64,000 bases of DNA from Clostridia bacterium (GTDB taxonomy: Bacteria > Bacillota > Clostridia > Oscillospirales > CAG-272), in the NCBI GenBank assembly GCA_017396225.1, contig JAFQMP010000015.1:18446-82445 (forward strand), read 5' to 3'. Every line of letters starts with the position of its first letter. Position 1 is the first letter of the stretch. Under the pieces are notes generated by a model. The model had not been told where the DNA came from. It ran no database searches and was given only the letters and a program-made list of their open reading frames with translations. This document shows, in pieces, positions 48,673 through 56,129 of this stretch. The translations under genes and the position numbers were made by a program.

Positions 48673-48795
48673 CTTGTATCAAGACAAGCACACGCCCCAT
48701 TACCACGCCCCTGATTTTATCCTGACTTTGCTCTTCTTATTAAGGCGAGCACTACATCTCCACGGCACAACCGAGCCGCTTGTATCAAGACAAGC
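48673..48795 (+). repeat. two exact 17-bp direct repeats CTTGTATCAAGACAAGC
   Basis: Copies at 48673-48689 and 48779-48795, 106 bp apart. Each contains the inverted pair CTTGT..ACAAG. Confidence 0.8.
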
Positions 48796-48849
48796 GCACA
48801 TCCCATGATCACTCACCTTACGTGAAGCTTACATTTCTGTACAAACTTA

Positions 48850-51414
48850 TTATGTCCCAGTATAATTATAAACCAAGGTGTAGCTGATCTTTTTATATCC
48901 AGTGCTTGTATAGTATTGATCCCAATACATTCCCTTGGTAACAGATGCCCACTGTGCGCTTGTACCTCTAAATCTTACATATCTAAGATTGGTGCACCAA
49001 TCGCATGCATTATCACCAATAGCATCCAACTTGGAACCAAGTGTGATACTTGTAAGACTACTACAACCGCTAAAAGCATCATCGCCAATTCTTGTTACGC
49101 TATTCGGCAATGATATACTGGTGAGCGTTTGACAATTTTCAAATGCATAGTCATTAATTACTTTTACGCCGTCTGATATTACAACATTTCTCACTAGAAC
49201 GCCATTTAAATATAGGTTTTTTGCATAATACAAAGGGTTAGAATCGTAGGTGTAAAAATCTAGAGCTGCCCACTTATCTATATCAGTTATATATACGGCG
49301 GTAAGCTTAGTGCAATTATAAAATGCGGAGTTGCCGATTTTGGTTACACCTTTTCCCATATATACAGTTTTCAGTTCTGTGCAATCAATAAATGCTTCAT
49401 CACCTATGCTAGTTATGTAATCGGGAATGGTGATGCTTGTAACGGTCTTATCTTTTATTCCCGTGATCTTAGTTGATGAAAAAATGAAATTCGACAGCGC
49501 AGGATCAACTTCTGATTTTGCTGTATAGGTAATGCTTTTTCTCGGCATGGCAAAGGTATAGGTCATTTCGCTTGAAATCAATGTTTCGCCATCATACCAT
49601 CCCAACCAAGTATATCCGGTATTGACGGTTGCGGTCAGTGTTACCATAGTGCCGGCAGTAATTCTTTTATTTGTATAAGAGGTATAGGTTCCGGCATTGT
49701 TGATATATACGCCGGGGCGCACCTCAATACGCTGATTTGATGTTGTCGATATTGTGTAGCTCTCCCATTTTGCGGTTAATGTAATGCCGTTAGGGATATT
49801 CCAAACTCCATCTTCAAACTTGGTTGTTCCATCGTACCAACCTTCGAACGTATATCCATCCTTGGTAGGGGTCGGCAAAGTAAAGGGCTGACCAAATACC
49901 ACGTTGAGGAAATTGTTGGAAAGAGAGCCGCCATCGGGATTCAAGGTGATTTTATATTTGAATTCGTAGTTGTTAACGGCGTAGGTCGCTTCGCTATCAC
50001 TAAATCCCCACGCTTTTAATTTCGCAACACATTCTGCTTGCTCTGGCTTTGTGGTGCATAAATCCTCTACAAAATGCTTCATGCAAAGAAGCGCATGGCT
50101 GTTCCAATCTTTGCCACAATTATTTACGGCATATTGAGCTTGAGCTTGCGTAAATTCCACATCCATTAATGCGTCGATATAATCGCTTTTAGGCCCAAGA
50201 ATGCCGTCCGCATCGATACATTCAATATATTCAACAGCTTTGGTGTTCCAATTCACCTCACAGTTAAACGCACCATGTTCACTATCTTGTACAGAATAAC
50301 CTTTCTCGTTGTTGAGATAAGAAATAACATCTAATGGGGAAATATAATAATCGTTTTCATTGGAATTCACAAAATCTTTGGCATGAATTTTAACGTAATA
50401 CCTCCAATTTATGCTTGCATTCTCAAGTGCATATTTAATATTTGTTTCTGTGAATTCGTGATCAGCTAGAAGATCAGCAATCATCTGAGGAAAGATGGTT
50501 GCATAATAATCATCATAACCCTCGGCTAAATTTTTTGCAGCGCCATTCCAGTTAACACCGCAGTTTTTAGCGATTGTTTCGGATTTTTCAAGAGGGTAAC
50601 CATATTCAATAAGCTTTGTTGTGGTTTCGTACTCCGACAAGTTTTCCTCTGTGGCAACTTGTTTTGCAACTTCAATAAGGTATGTATCCATGTTAACATA
50701 TTCTTCCGTGCTTCCCGTCAACATTTTTTCAAGGTTGCCTTCGAGAATATTTTGCAAGGAAGCCGTCATGATATCAGAAGTTCTAATCACGCAAGTCCCC
50801 ACCACTTTGTGTGAGCCGGAAGATAGAACGCCACCGTCAAATGTAGAAAGATATTCATTCCGCTTTTCGGCATCCTTCTGCGTTGGGTATATTTCAATGC
50901 TGCCACCCGCATCGGTGCCTTTTTCGACAAGTGTATTACCTGTTATCAGCTTTTGGTTTACAACATCAACAGAAAAGAAAATATCTGCAATGTAGCCGCC
51001 GGCTTTATTTAGTTGTCCGTTAGGGTCGTTATATTCAGTTGCAGCGGCTACCGCAACAACATTTGGAACTTTCTTTAATGCGTCAATTATAGAATCTTGA
51101 GTAAGAGGCGCTTGGTTGCTAACGAATTTGGCATATACCGACATATCACTTGATAACGGAGCATCAAGCAAAGAGTTGGCTGTAAAAGGTTTTTTCCATT
51201 CCCCATCATCCCAATACCAGCCATCAAAAGTATAACCTTCTTTGGTGGGATCATCGGGCATTTTAATTGTTTCATTGCCGCCGGTAGCGACAGTTGCGTA
51301 TGTTTCATCATCTACGATAAAATTAAGCTCAAACTCCGCCTTGCTACAAGATGATAGGCATAATAATAAAACAGCAATTAAGCATATTGATACAACAGCA
51401 ATTCGTCTTTTCAT
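48850..51414 (-). CDS. large mosaic surface lipoprotein: Listeria-Bacteroides (Flg_new) repeats, Ltp-like repeats, BspA-type leucine-rich repeats
   Basis: 854 aa. Lipobox 'LCLSSC'. 'GYTFDGWYWDDGEW' and 'GYTFEGWYDGTTKF' repeats. At least five '..(A/I)xYA(V/L)(N/E)N..(V/I)(N/D)W(N/R)..A' Ltp-like units. C-terminal 'ITSIGDEAFIDCTELKTVYMGKGVTKIGNSAFYNCTKL'-type LRRs. RBS GGGAGG. Confidence 0.8.
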   Translation of the reverse strand: MKRRIAVVSICLIAVLLLCLSSCSKAEFELNFIVDDETYATVATGGNETIKMPDDPTKEGYTFDGWYWDDGEWKKPFTANSLLDAPLSSDMSVYAKFVSNQAPLTQDSIIDALKKVPNVVAVAAATEYNDPNGQLNKAGGYIADIFFSVDVVNQKLITGNTLVEKGTDAGGSIEIYPTQKDAEKRNEYLSTFDGGVLSSGSHKVVGTCVIRTSDIMTASLQNILEGNLEKMLTGSTEEYVNMDTYLIEVAKQVATEENLSEYETTTKLIEYGYPLEKSETIAKNCGVNWNGAAKNLAEGYDDYYATIFPQMIADLLADHEFTETNIKYALENASINWRYYVKIHAKDFVNSNENDYYISPLDVISYLNNEKGYSVQDSEHGAFNCEVNWNTKAVEYIECIDADGILGPKSDYIDALMDVEFTQAQAQYAVNNCGKDWNSHALLCMKHFVEDLCTTKPEQAECVAKLKAWGFSDSEATYAVNNYEFKYKITLNPDGGSLSNNFLNVVFGQPFTLPTPTKDGYTFEGWYDGTTKFEDGVWNIPNGITLTAKWESYTISTTSNQRIEVRPGVYINNAGTYTSYTNKRITAGTMVTLTATVNTGYTWLGWYDGETLISSEMTYTFAMPRKSITYTAKSEVDPALSNFIFSSTKITGIKDKTVTSITIPDYITSIGDEAFIDCTELKTVYMGKGVTKIGNSAFYNCTKLTAVYITDIDKWAALDFYTYDSNPLYYAKNLYLNGVLVRNVVISDGVKVINDYAFENCQTLTSISLPNSVTRIGDDAFSGCSSLTSITLGSKLDAIGDNACDWCTNLRYVRFRGTSAQWASVTKGMYWDQYYTSTGYKKISYTLVYNYTGT

Positions 51415-51704
51415 AGAACAGACCTCCCTTGATCAAAAAAAGTGCGCCCCACGAAGGAACGCACCGAAAAAGTGTATTCCTCCTATTGTTGCTACACAAC
51501 CTCTGCGCCGTTTCCGGAAATGAGGAAAAAGAGAAACCACTTTTTGCCAAAGTATGTTTCCCGGAATTAACGCAAAATATTTGGTTGTGTAGCATGATTA
51601 TTATACCACAAACATTTCCGCTTTTCAATAGTAAGTAAATAAAATCCTGTCGCAAGCGCCGGAACAAAAATTAACAAATTGTTAACGACTTTTTTCTCAA
51701 AGTA

Positions 51705-51713
51705 TGATATAAT
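51705..51713 (+). promoter_or_regulatory. extended -10 promoter element upstream of the TAC operon
   Basis: TGaTATAAT (TG 51705-51706, TATAAT 51708-51713), about 45 nt before the first start codon. No good -35 element. Confidence 0.45.
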
Positions 51714-51755
51714 TAAAAAGCAGAAGTATAAATTTCGGTATAAGGAATGTGAAAA

Positions 51756-52313
51756 GTGGGAACAATGAATACATATACCGCATATCATGCTACTGACAAA
51801 AGCAATGTACAATCCATCATTACAAGCAATTTTACATTTCGCGAAAAAAGCACCCATTGGCTAGGTAATGGTGTGTATTTCTTTGTCGATAAAAGTTTGG
51901 CGATTGATTGGGGAAATAATTGTCCTACGACAAAATATGGCTGTATTAAAGATCCTGCAGTTATTGAAGCCATAATTTTTGTAGATGATGATTTCGTATG
52001 CGATATGCGAGAACTAGAAACACACAATAAAGTTAAACATGCTTTTGACATATTTTGGGAGTCTGTGTACAAGGCTCGTTATACCGCAAAATATGACAAT
52101 AACTTTATTGAAAAGTTAGAATGTGCATTTTTTAATTGGTTCACTAAGAAATTAGGGTGGAAATGCATCATTTGCAATTTTCAAAAAAGAACATTGCCTA
52201 TTGCCAAAAGCAAATTTGACAGTATGTTCAGCCAATTTCGCTTGCCTTATGTCGAAACACAAATATGCGTTAAAGATATTTCTTGTATTACAAATAGAAA
52301 GGAATTGTTGTAA
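51756..52313 (+). CDS. candidate toxin: H-Y-E class (PARP/DarT-like) ADP-ribosyltransferase-like protein
   Basis: 185 aa (GTG 51756 with AAGGAA 8 nt upstream; alternative ATG at 51765). Ordered motifs are 'AYHATD..NVQSII', 'GNGVYFF' and 'PYVETQICV'. Very AT-rich. First gene of a tight 3-gene operon. Confidence 0.55.
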   Translation: MGTMNTYTAYHATDKSNVQSIITSNFTFREKSTHWLGNGVYFFVDKSLAIDWGNNCPTTKYGCIKDPAVIEAIIFVDDDFVCDMRELETHNKVKHAFDIFWESVYKARYTAKYDNNFIEKLECAFFNWFTKKLGWKCIICNFQKRTLPIAKSKFDSMFSQFRLPYVETQICVKDISCITNRKELL

Positions 52314-52327
52314 TAGGAGGTGTTATT

Positions 52328-52630
52328 GTGATTTATAAAAAGATTGAAACAACTACAGATGAAGTATTGGAGTTTATCAAAGAAGCTGGCATAGAAATTG
52401 AGAGCACCCCTAGTTCCAAGGCTTTTCAAATTAGATTTCCTGATGATTCTATCATTGAAATGCCGCCGGATCTAAATATTTTTGGAGACATGTCACTATT
52501 TACCGCTACGGGAATTTATTCTTATAAAATTTCTATTGTCGAAAACAACGATAATCACTATGCTTTAGGGAATATGAATCGCGAGTACGATAACTATGTA
52601 GACCCGCTTAAATACATACCTGCAGCATAA
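52328..52630 (+). CDS. candidate antitoxin (small acidic protein, no recognisable domain)
   Basis: 100 aa. GTG start 7 nt after AGGAGGTG and 14 nt after the toxin stop. Aromatic C-terminal tail 'YDNYVDPLKYIPAA'. Confidence 0.5.
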   Translation: MIYKKIETTTDEVLEFIKEAGIEIESTPSSKAFQIRFPDDSIIEMPPDLNIFGDMSLFTATGIYSYKISIVENNDNHYALGNMNREYDNYVDPLKYIPAA

Positions 52631-52640
52631 CGGAGGATTT

Positions 52641-53051
52641 ATGGATAATACTAAAGAAAGCAATTTTCAATATACTAATCCTAGAATTACGAAATTCAGT
52701 TACATATTTACAGAATTATCTGACGGACAATGGGAAATAACTATGAAGCATAAAAAGAAAGTGGAAAAACTTTCTGAAAATGAAGCCAAAGTTGTTTTGG
52801 ATATGATAATCTGCGCAAGCGAAGATCCTTCTCCATTTGAGTTTTCTTTTTCCGTTGAAGCAAATTTCCGTTGGAAAGATTTTGATGCGGCAACTGTTTC
52901 TTCGTTATTAAGCCGAACCGCCCCTTCTTTGCTCGTCGGGTATGCAAGACCAATTGTTGCAATGTTTACAAATAGTTCTGGTATTATGCCTTTCAATATT
53001 CCGATGATTGACTTTACCAAAGAATCTATTGTTGATTTTTCCGAACTCTAA
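52641..53051 (+). CDS. SecB-like chaperone
   Basis: 136 aa. RBS GGAGG, 10 nt after the upstream stop. Colinear with E. coli SecB by eye: 'FQYTNPRITKFSY' vs 'FQIQRIYTKDISF', and 'APSLLVGYARPIVAMFTNSSGIMPFNIPMIDF' vs '[32 protein letters not shown]'. Confidence 0.75.
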   Translation: MDNTKESNFQYTNPRITKFSYIFTELSDGQWEITMKHKKKVEKLSENEAKVVLDMIICASEDPSPFEFSFSVEANFRWKDFDAATVSSLLSRTAPSLLVGYARPIVAMFTNSSGIMPFNIPMIDFTKESIVDFSEL

Positions 53052-53055
53052 TCAA

Positions 53056-53084
53056 GTTCGATTTACCCTGTCTCTGGGTCACCA
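53056..53084 (+). repeat. degenerate copy of the tRNA-Glu T-arm/acceptor 3' end (island right boundary)
   Basis: GTTCGATTTACCCTGTCTCTGGGTCACCA vs tRNA GTTCGATTCCCGTACGGGTCACCA. It is followed by the same 'AAAACAAAAG + hairpin + T-run' layout as downstream of the real tRNA. Confidence 0.6.
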
Positions 53085-53090
53085 CAAAAC

Positions 53091-53123
53091 AAAAGGCACC
53101 TGCCAATAGGCGGGTGTCTTTTT
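53091..53123 (+). terminator. intrinsic terminator of the TAC operon
   Basis: Stem CACCTGCC-AATA-GGCGGGTG (one G-U pair) followed by TCTTTTT. Confidence 0.7.
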
Positions 53124-53262
53124 GCTTTGTGGCGCGCTCGCGCGCGGAAGTCCCCAACACGCAAAACTAGTTCATTATCAACTTTTATGTGTTTAGGTGC
53201 GTGTATGGGGACGAAATATTGCTCCGCCGCTTCCGCGTCGGAAGCCTTGCAGGGCGGAGCAA

Positions 53263-53279
53263 ATTCCCGTACGGGTCAC
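53263..53279 (+). repeat. exact 17-nt copy of the tRNA-Glu 3' end
   Basis: ATTCCCGTACGGGTCAC is identical to 48401-48417 and is preceded by the hairpin TTGCTCCGCC...GGCGGAGCAA. A weaker third copy (AAATTCCCATACG + terminator-like hairpin) lies at about 53403-53448. Confidence 0.75.
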
Positions 53280-53476
53280 GCTTAGCGTATTGCGCTAAGC
53301 AAGAGCTTGACTTGGTGGCAACGCCACCACTTGCTATGCAAGACCGCCAAGCTCCCATCTCTTTGTATAGTATGGTGGAGCTTTTTTAGTGCAAGGTGTG
53401 GTAAATTCCCATACGCAACAAAAGGCCACCACGAATGCGGTGCTTTTCATCTCTCGCCTCTGCATGAAATTTGAAC

Positions 53477-53505
53477 TTGATAACTGTCTGAACCTATGAT
53501 ATAAT
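53477..53505 (+). promoter_or_regulatory. sigma-70-type promoter of the NhaC-family gene
   Basis: TTGATA (53477-53482), 17-nt spacer, TATAAT (53500-53505). Confidence 0.55.
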
Positions 53506-53562
53506 AAAAGAAAGATATCGCGCTTGTTTGTGATGCGCGTTTTCGAGAAAGGATTTGACGGT

Positions 53563-54906
53563 ATGGACGAAAAACAGCTGAAAACTGCGGACAACCTGGC
53601 GCCGGTTGGCCCCGGTGATGCGAAAAAAGGGAACTGGCTTGCCCTTTTACCGATTGTGGTATTCCTGGTGATTTACATTGGCGTCAGTGTGATTTTCAAG
53701 GATTTCTATCTGATGAGCGTGGTGGTGGCTTTTCTTGCCGCACTGCTTGTGGCATGCGTGCAGAACAGGGCGCTTTCCTTTGATGAAAAGCTTTCCGTTA
53801 TGGCGCGAGGCGTGGCCGACCAGAATATCATCACGATGATTCTGATTTTTCTTGCCGCAGGTATTTTTGCGGGCATTCTCGGCAGAGAGGGTGCGGCAGC
53901 GGTTGCCGACCTGCTGTTAAGCTTTATTCCTGCAAGGTTTTCGGTGCTGGTGATGTTTGTGGTGGCTTGCTTTGTGTCCACTGCTATGGGCACCTCGGTG
54001 GGCACCATTACGGTTATTGTGCCGATTGGCGTTGCCGTTGCTGAGGTGACAGGCATTTCCCCTGTTTTGTTTACGGCCTCGATTGTGGGCGGTGCGATGT
54101 TTGGTGACAACCTCTCCTTTATTTCCGATACGACAATTGCGGCAACCAGCACGCAGGGCTGCCAGATGCGCGATAAATTCCGTGAGAATTTCTTGATTGC
54201 ACTTCCTGCGGCAGTTTTGACGATTGTCATTTTGCTGATAATTGCGCTTTCGGGCGGCGAGGTGAACGCTTATGAGCCGCAGGCAATTAACCTTTGGCTG
54301 CTGCTGCCTTATTTCCTGGTTTTGATTGCGGGTATTCTCGGCATTAATGTGTTTCTTGTTCTGCTGGGCGGCATAGTGGTTGCTACCGTTGTCAAGCTGG
54401 CGCTTGGTGTGGGTGTGGCAAGTATTATTTCCGCGATGGGTAGCGGCGCCTCAGGCATGTTTGAGGTGATTATTGTGACGCTGCTGGTGTCGATGCTCTC
54501 GGCATTGATGCGCGAATTTGGCGGCTTTGATGCACTGCTTGCGGGCATCAAGCGCGTTTTCCGCGGTCGCGTGGGCGGTCAGCTTGGTGTGGCTACGCTG
54601 GTCAGCGCCATGGACGTGGCGACTGCCAACAACACCGTTGCCATTGTTATGGCGGCACCGATTGCCAAGAACATCAGCGAGGAATATGGCATTACCAATA
54701 CCAAAACGGCCTCTTTGCTTGATATTTTCGGCAGCGTGGTGCAGGGCTTGATTCCTTACGGTGCGCAGCTTCTGATTGCAACACAGCTTTCGGGTGTCAG
54801 TGCAGCACAAATGATGCCCTTTATGTTCTATCAGTACCTCCTTGCCATCAGCGCGGTGGTCTTTATGTTCCTGCCGAGCTTCAAGCTTGGCCGTAAAAAG
54901 GTGTAA
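53563..54906 (+). CDS. Na+/H+ antiporter NhaC-family transporter
   Basis: 447 aa from ATG 53563. Polytopic; 'GAMFGDNLSFISDTTIAAT' is an NhaC-family hallmark. Confidence 0.8.
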   Translation: MDEKQLKTADNLAPVGPGDAKKGNWLALLPIVVFLVIYIGVSVIFKDFYLMSVVVAFLAALLVACVQNRALSFDEKLSVMARGVADQNIITMILIFLAAGIFAGILGREGAAAVADLLLSFIPARFSVLVMFVVACFVSTAMGTSVGTITVIVPIGVAVAEVTGISPVLFTASIVGGAMFGDNLSFISDTTIAATSTQGCQMRDKFRENFLIALPAAVLTIVILLIIALSGGEVNAYEPQAINLWLLLPYFLVLIAGILGINVFLVLLGGIVVATVVKLALGVGVASIISAMGSGASGMFEVIIVTLLVSMLSALMREFGGFDALLAGIKRVFRGRVGGQLGVATLVSAMDVATANNTVAIVMAAPIAKNISEEYGITNTKTASLLDIFGSVVQGLIPYGAQLLIATQLSGVSAAQMMPFMFYQYLLAISAVVFMFLPSFKLGRKKV

Positions 54907-54908
54907 GT

Positions 54909-54942
54909 AAAAAGGTCAGGCGCATTGTGCCTGACCTTTTTT
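54909..54942. terminator. bidirectional intrinsic terminator
   Basis: AGGTCAGGC-GCATTGT-GCCTGACCT flanked by AAAA and TTTTTT, between convergent genes. Confidence 0.8.
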
Positions 54943-55273
54943 ATTGCAATTGAATGGAGAGCGCTACAATTTGCGGCGGATAACTCATCATGACCTGACC
55001 GCTGTACGTGATAGTGATGCTGTCGCCCACGGCGAGGTTCTTGCGTGCAATTTTTTTGCCCTTTGCGTTTTTATAAACGGTGTTCTCGCTTGTAATCACC
55101 AGATAGGGGCCGTCTGCTACGGGGCTTTCGGTGACGGTGACCTCTATTTTGTCTTCTATTTTGACAATTTTTGCAATCATGGAAAATTCCTCGCCCTCAG
55201 GATTCTCCCCTCCGCCGCAGGCGGACAGGCAGAGGAGTGCGACAAGGAGCAGGAGAGAATATAATTTCTTCAT
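54941..55273 (-). CDS. small lipoprotein (DUF3221/YobA-like beta-barrel guess)
   Basis: 110 aa. Lipobox 'LCLSAC'. The mature part resembles small OB-like lipoproteins; the family assignment is tentative. Confidence 0.55.
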   Translation of the reverse strand: MKKLYSLLLLVALLCLSACGGGENPEGEEFSMIAKIVKIEDKIEVTVTESPVADGPYLVITSENTVYKNAKGKKIARKNLAVGDSITITYSGQVMMSYPPQIVALSIQLQ

Positions 55274-55330
55274 TGGTTCTCCTTTTAAGAAAGCGCCACA
55301 CGGTGTGTGGCGCTTTCTTTATTGTAATGT

Positions 55331-56029
55331 TTATCTGTTGAGAATCAGCTTAGTGAGCTCGGTGGGAGCAACGATTTCGCTGCCGCGATAAACGCGCATA
55401 TTGCCCGATGCAATCTCGTCAATCAGCACAACCTCACCGTTGTTGTAGCCAAACTCAAACTTGATATCCCAGAGGTCAAGACCGATAGACTTAAGGTCGT
55501 CAGCGACAATCTTGGTAATCATCAGGGTCTGTGCCTTGAGGCTCTCAAACTGAGCAGGGGTCATTACACCGAGTGCGGCAAGGCCCTCGCCGGTAACCAG
55601 CGGGTCGCCCTTCTCGTCATTTTTGAAGGTGCATTCAACGTAGCCGCCCTCAAGACGGGTGCCGTTCTTGATATATTCGCCGTAACGACGGATAAAGCTT
55701 CCTGTTGCAACCAGACGGCAGATAACCTCAAGACCGCCGCCGCCCTGTGCCTTACCAAAGCACTCTGCGGGAAGAACCTCCATGGTTGCCTCCTCAACGT
55801 TAGCGGAAACGTAGTGGGTTTTGATGCCTGCCTTCTTCAGCATCTCAAAGTAGTAAACAGAGGTCTCCAGGTTTGCACGGCCGATGCCCTCAATGGTGAG
55901 GCCAACGCTGTTTTCGCCGGGGTCGAACACGCCGTCCTTGCCGGTGCAATCGTCCTTGAATTTGAGCAGAACATTGCCGTTTTCAAGCTGGTAAACGTCC
56001 TTGGTTTTACCCGTGTACAGTTTTTTCAT
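55331..56029 (-). CDS. purC: phosphoribosylaminoimidazole-succinocarboxamide (SAICAR) synthase
   Basis: 232 aa from ATG 56029 (RBS GAAGGAGA at proper spacing). '[11 protein letters not shown]', '[13 protein letters not shown]'-type C-terminus. Confidence 0.9.
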   Translation of the reverse strand: MKKLYTGKTKDVYQLENGNVLLKFKDDCTGKDGVFDPGENSVGLTIEGIGRANLETSVYYFEMLKKAGIKTHYVSANVEEATMEVLPAECFGKAQGGGGLEVICRLVATGSFIRRYGEYIKNGTRLEGGYVECTFKNDEKGDPLVTGEGLAALGVMTPAQFESLKAQTLMITKIVADDLKSIGLDLWDIKFEFGYNNGEVVLIDEIASGNMRVYRGSEIVAPTELTKLILNR

Positions 56030-56129
56030 GGTCATTCTCCTTCATTTATAGGAATCAGAATTTTACAGTTTTATTATAAGCATAAAGAGCCCGTTTGTCA
56101 AGTAAAATCTTACGTCGTGCGACAGTTTT

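Larger units (their letters stand above)
48420..53123. mobile_element. degraded genomic island inserted at the 3' end of tRNA-Glu (no integrase present)
   Basis: AT-rich block: my hand counts of sampled 60-nt lines give about 23-45% GC, against about 55% in the flanking genes. It starts at the tRNA 3' end and ends at a degenerate copy of 'tRNA 3' end + terminator' (53056-53123). Further tRNA 3' fragments lie at 48636-48649 and 53263-53279. Confidence 0.55.

Noticed and set aside
51344-51857. Small minus-strand ORFs (51344-51667 and 51567-51857) in the lipoprotein/TAC divergent region.
   Set aside because: They are AT-rich frames with F/I/L/C-rich products and no RBS. One overlaps the lipoprotein gene start and the other overlaps the TAC toxin gene start. 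The region is better explained as promoter/operator DNA.
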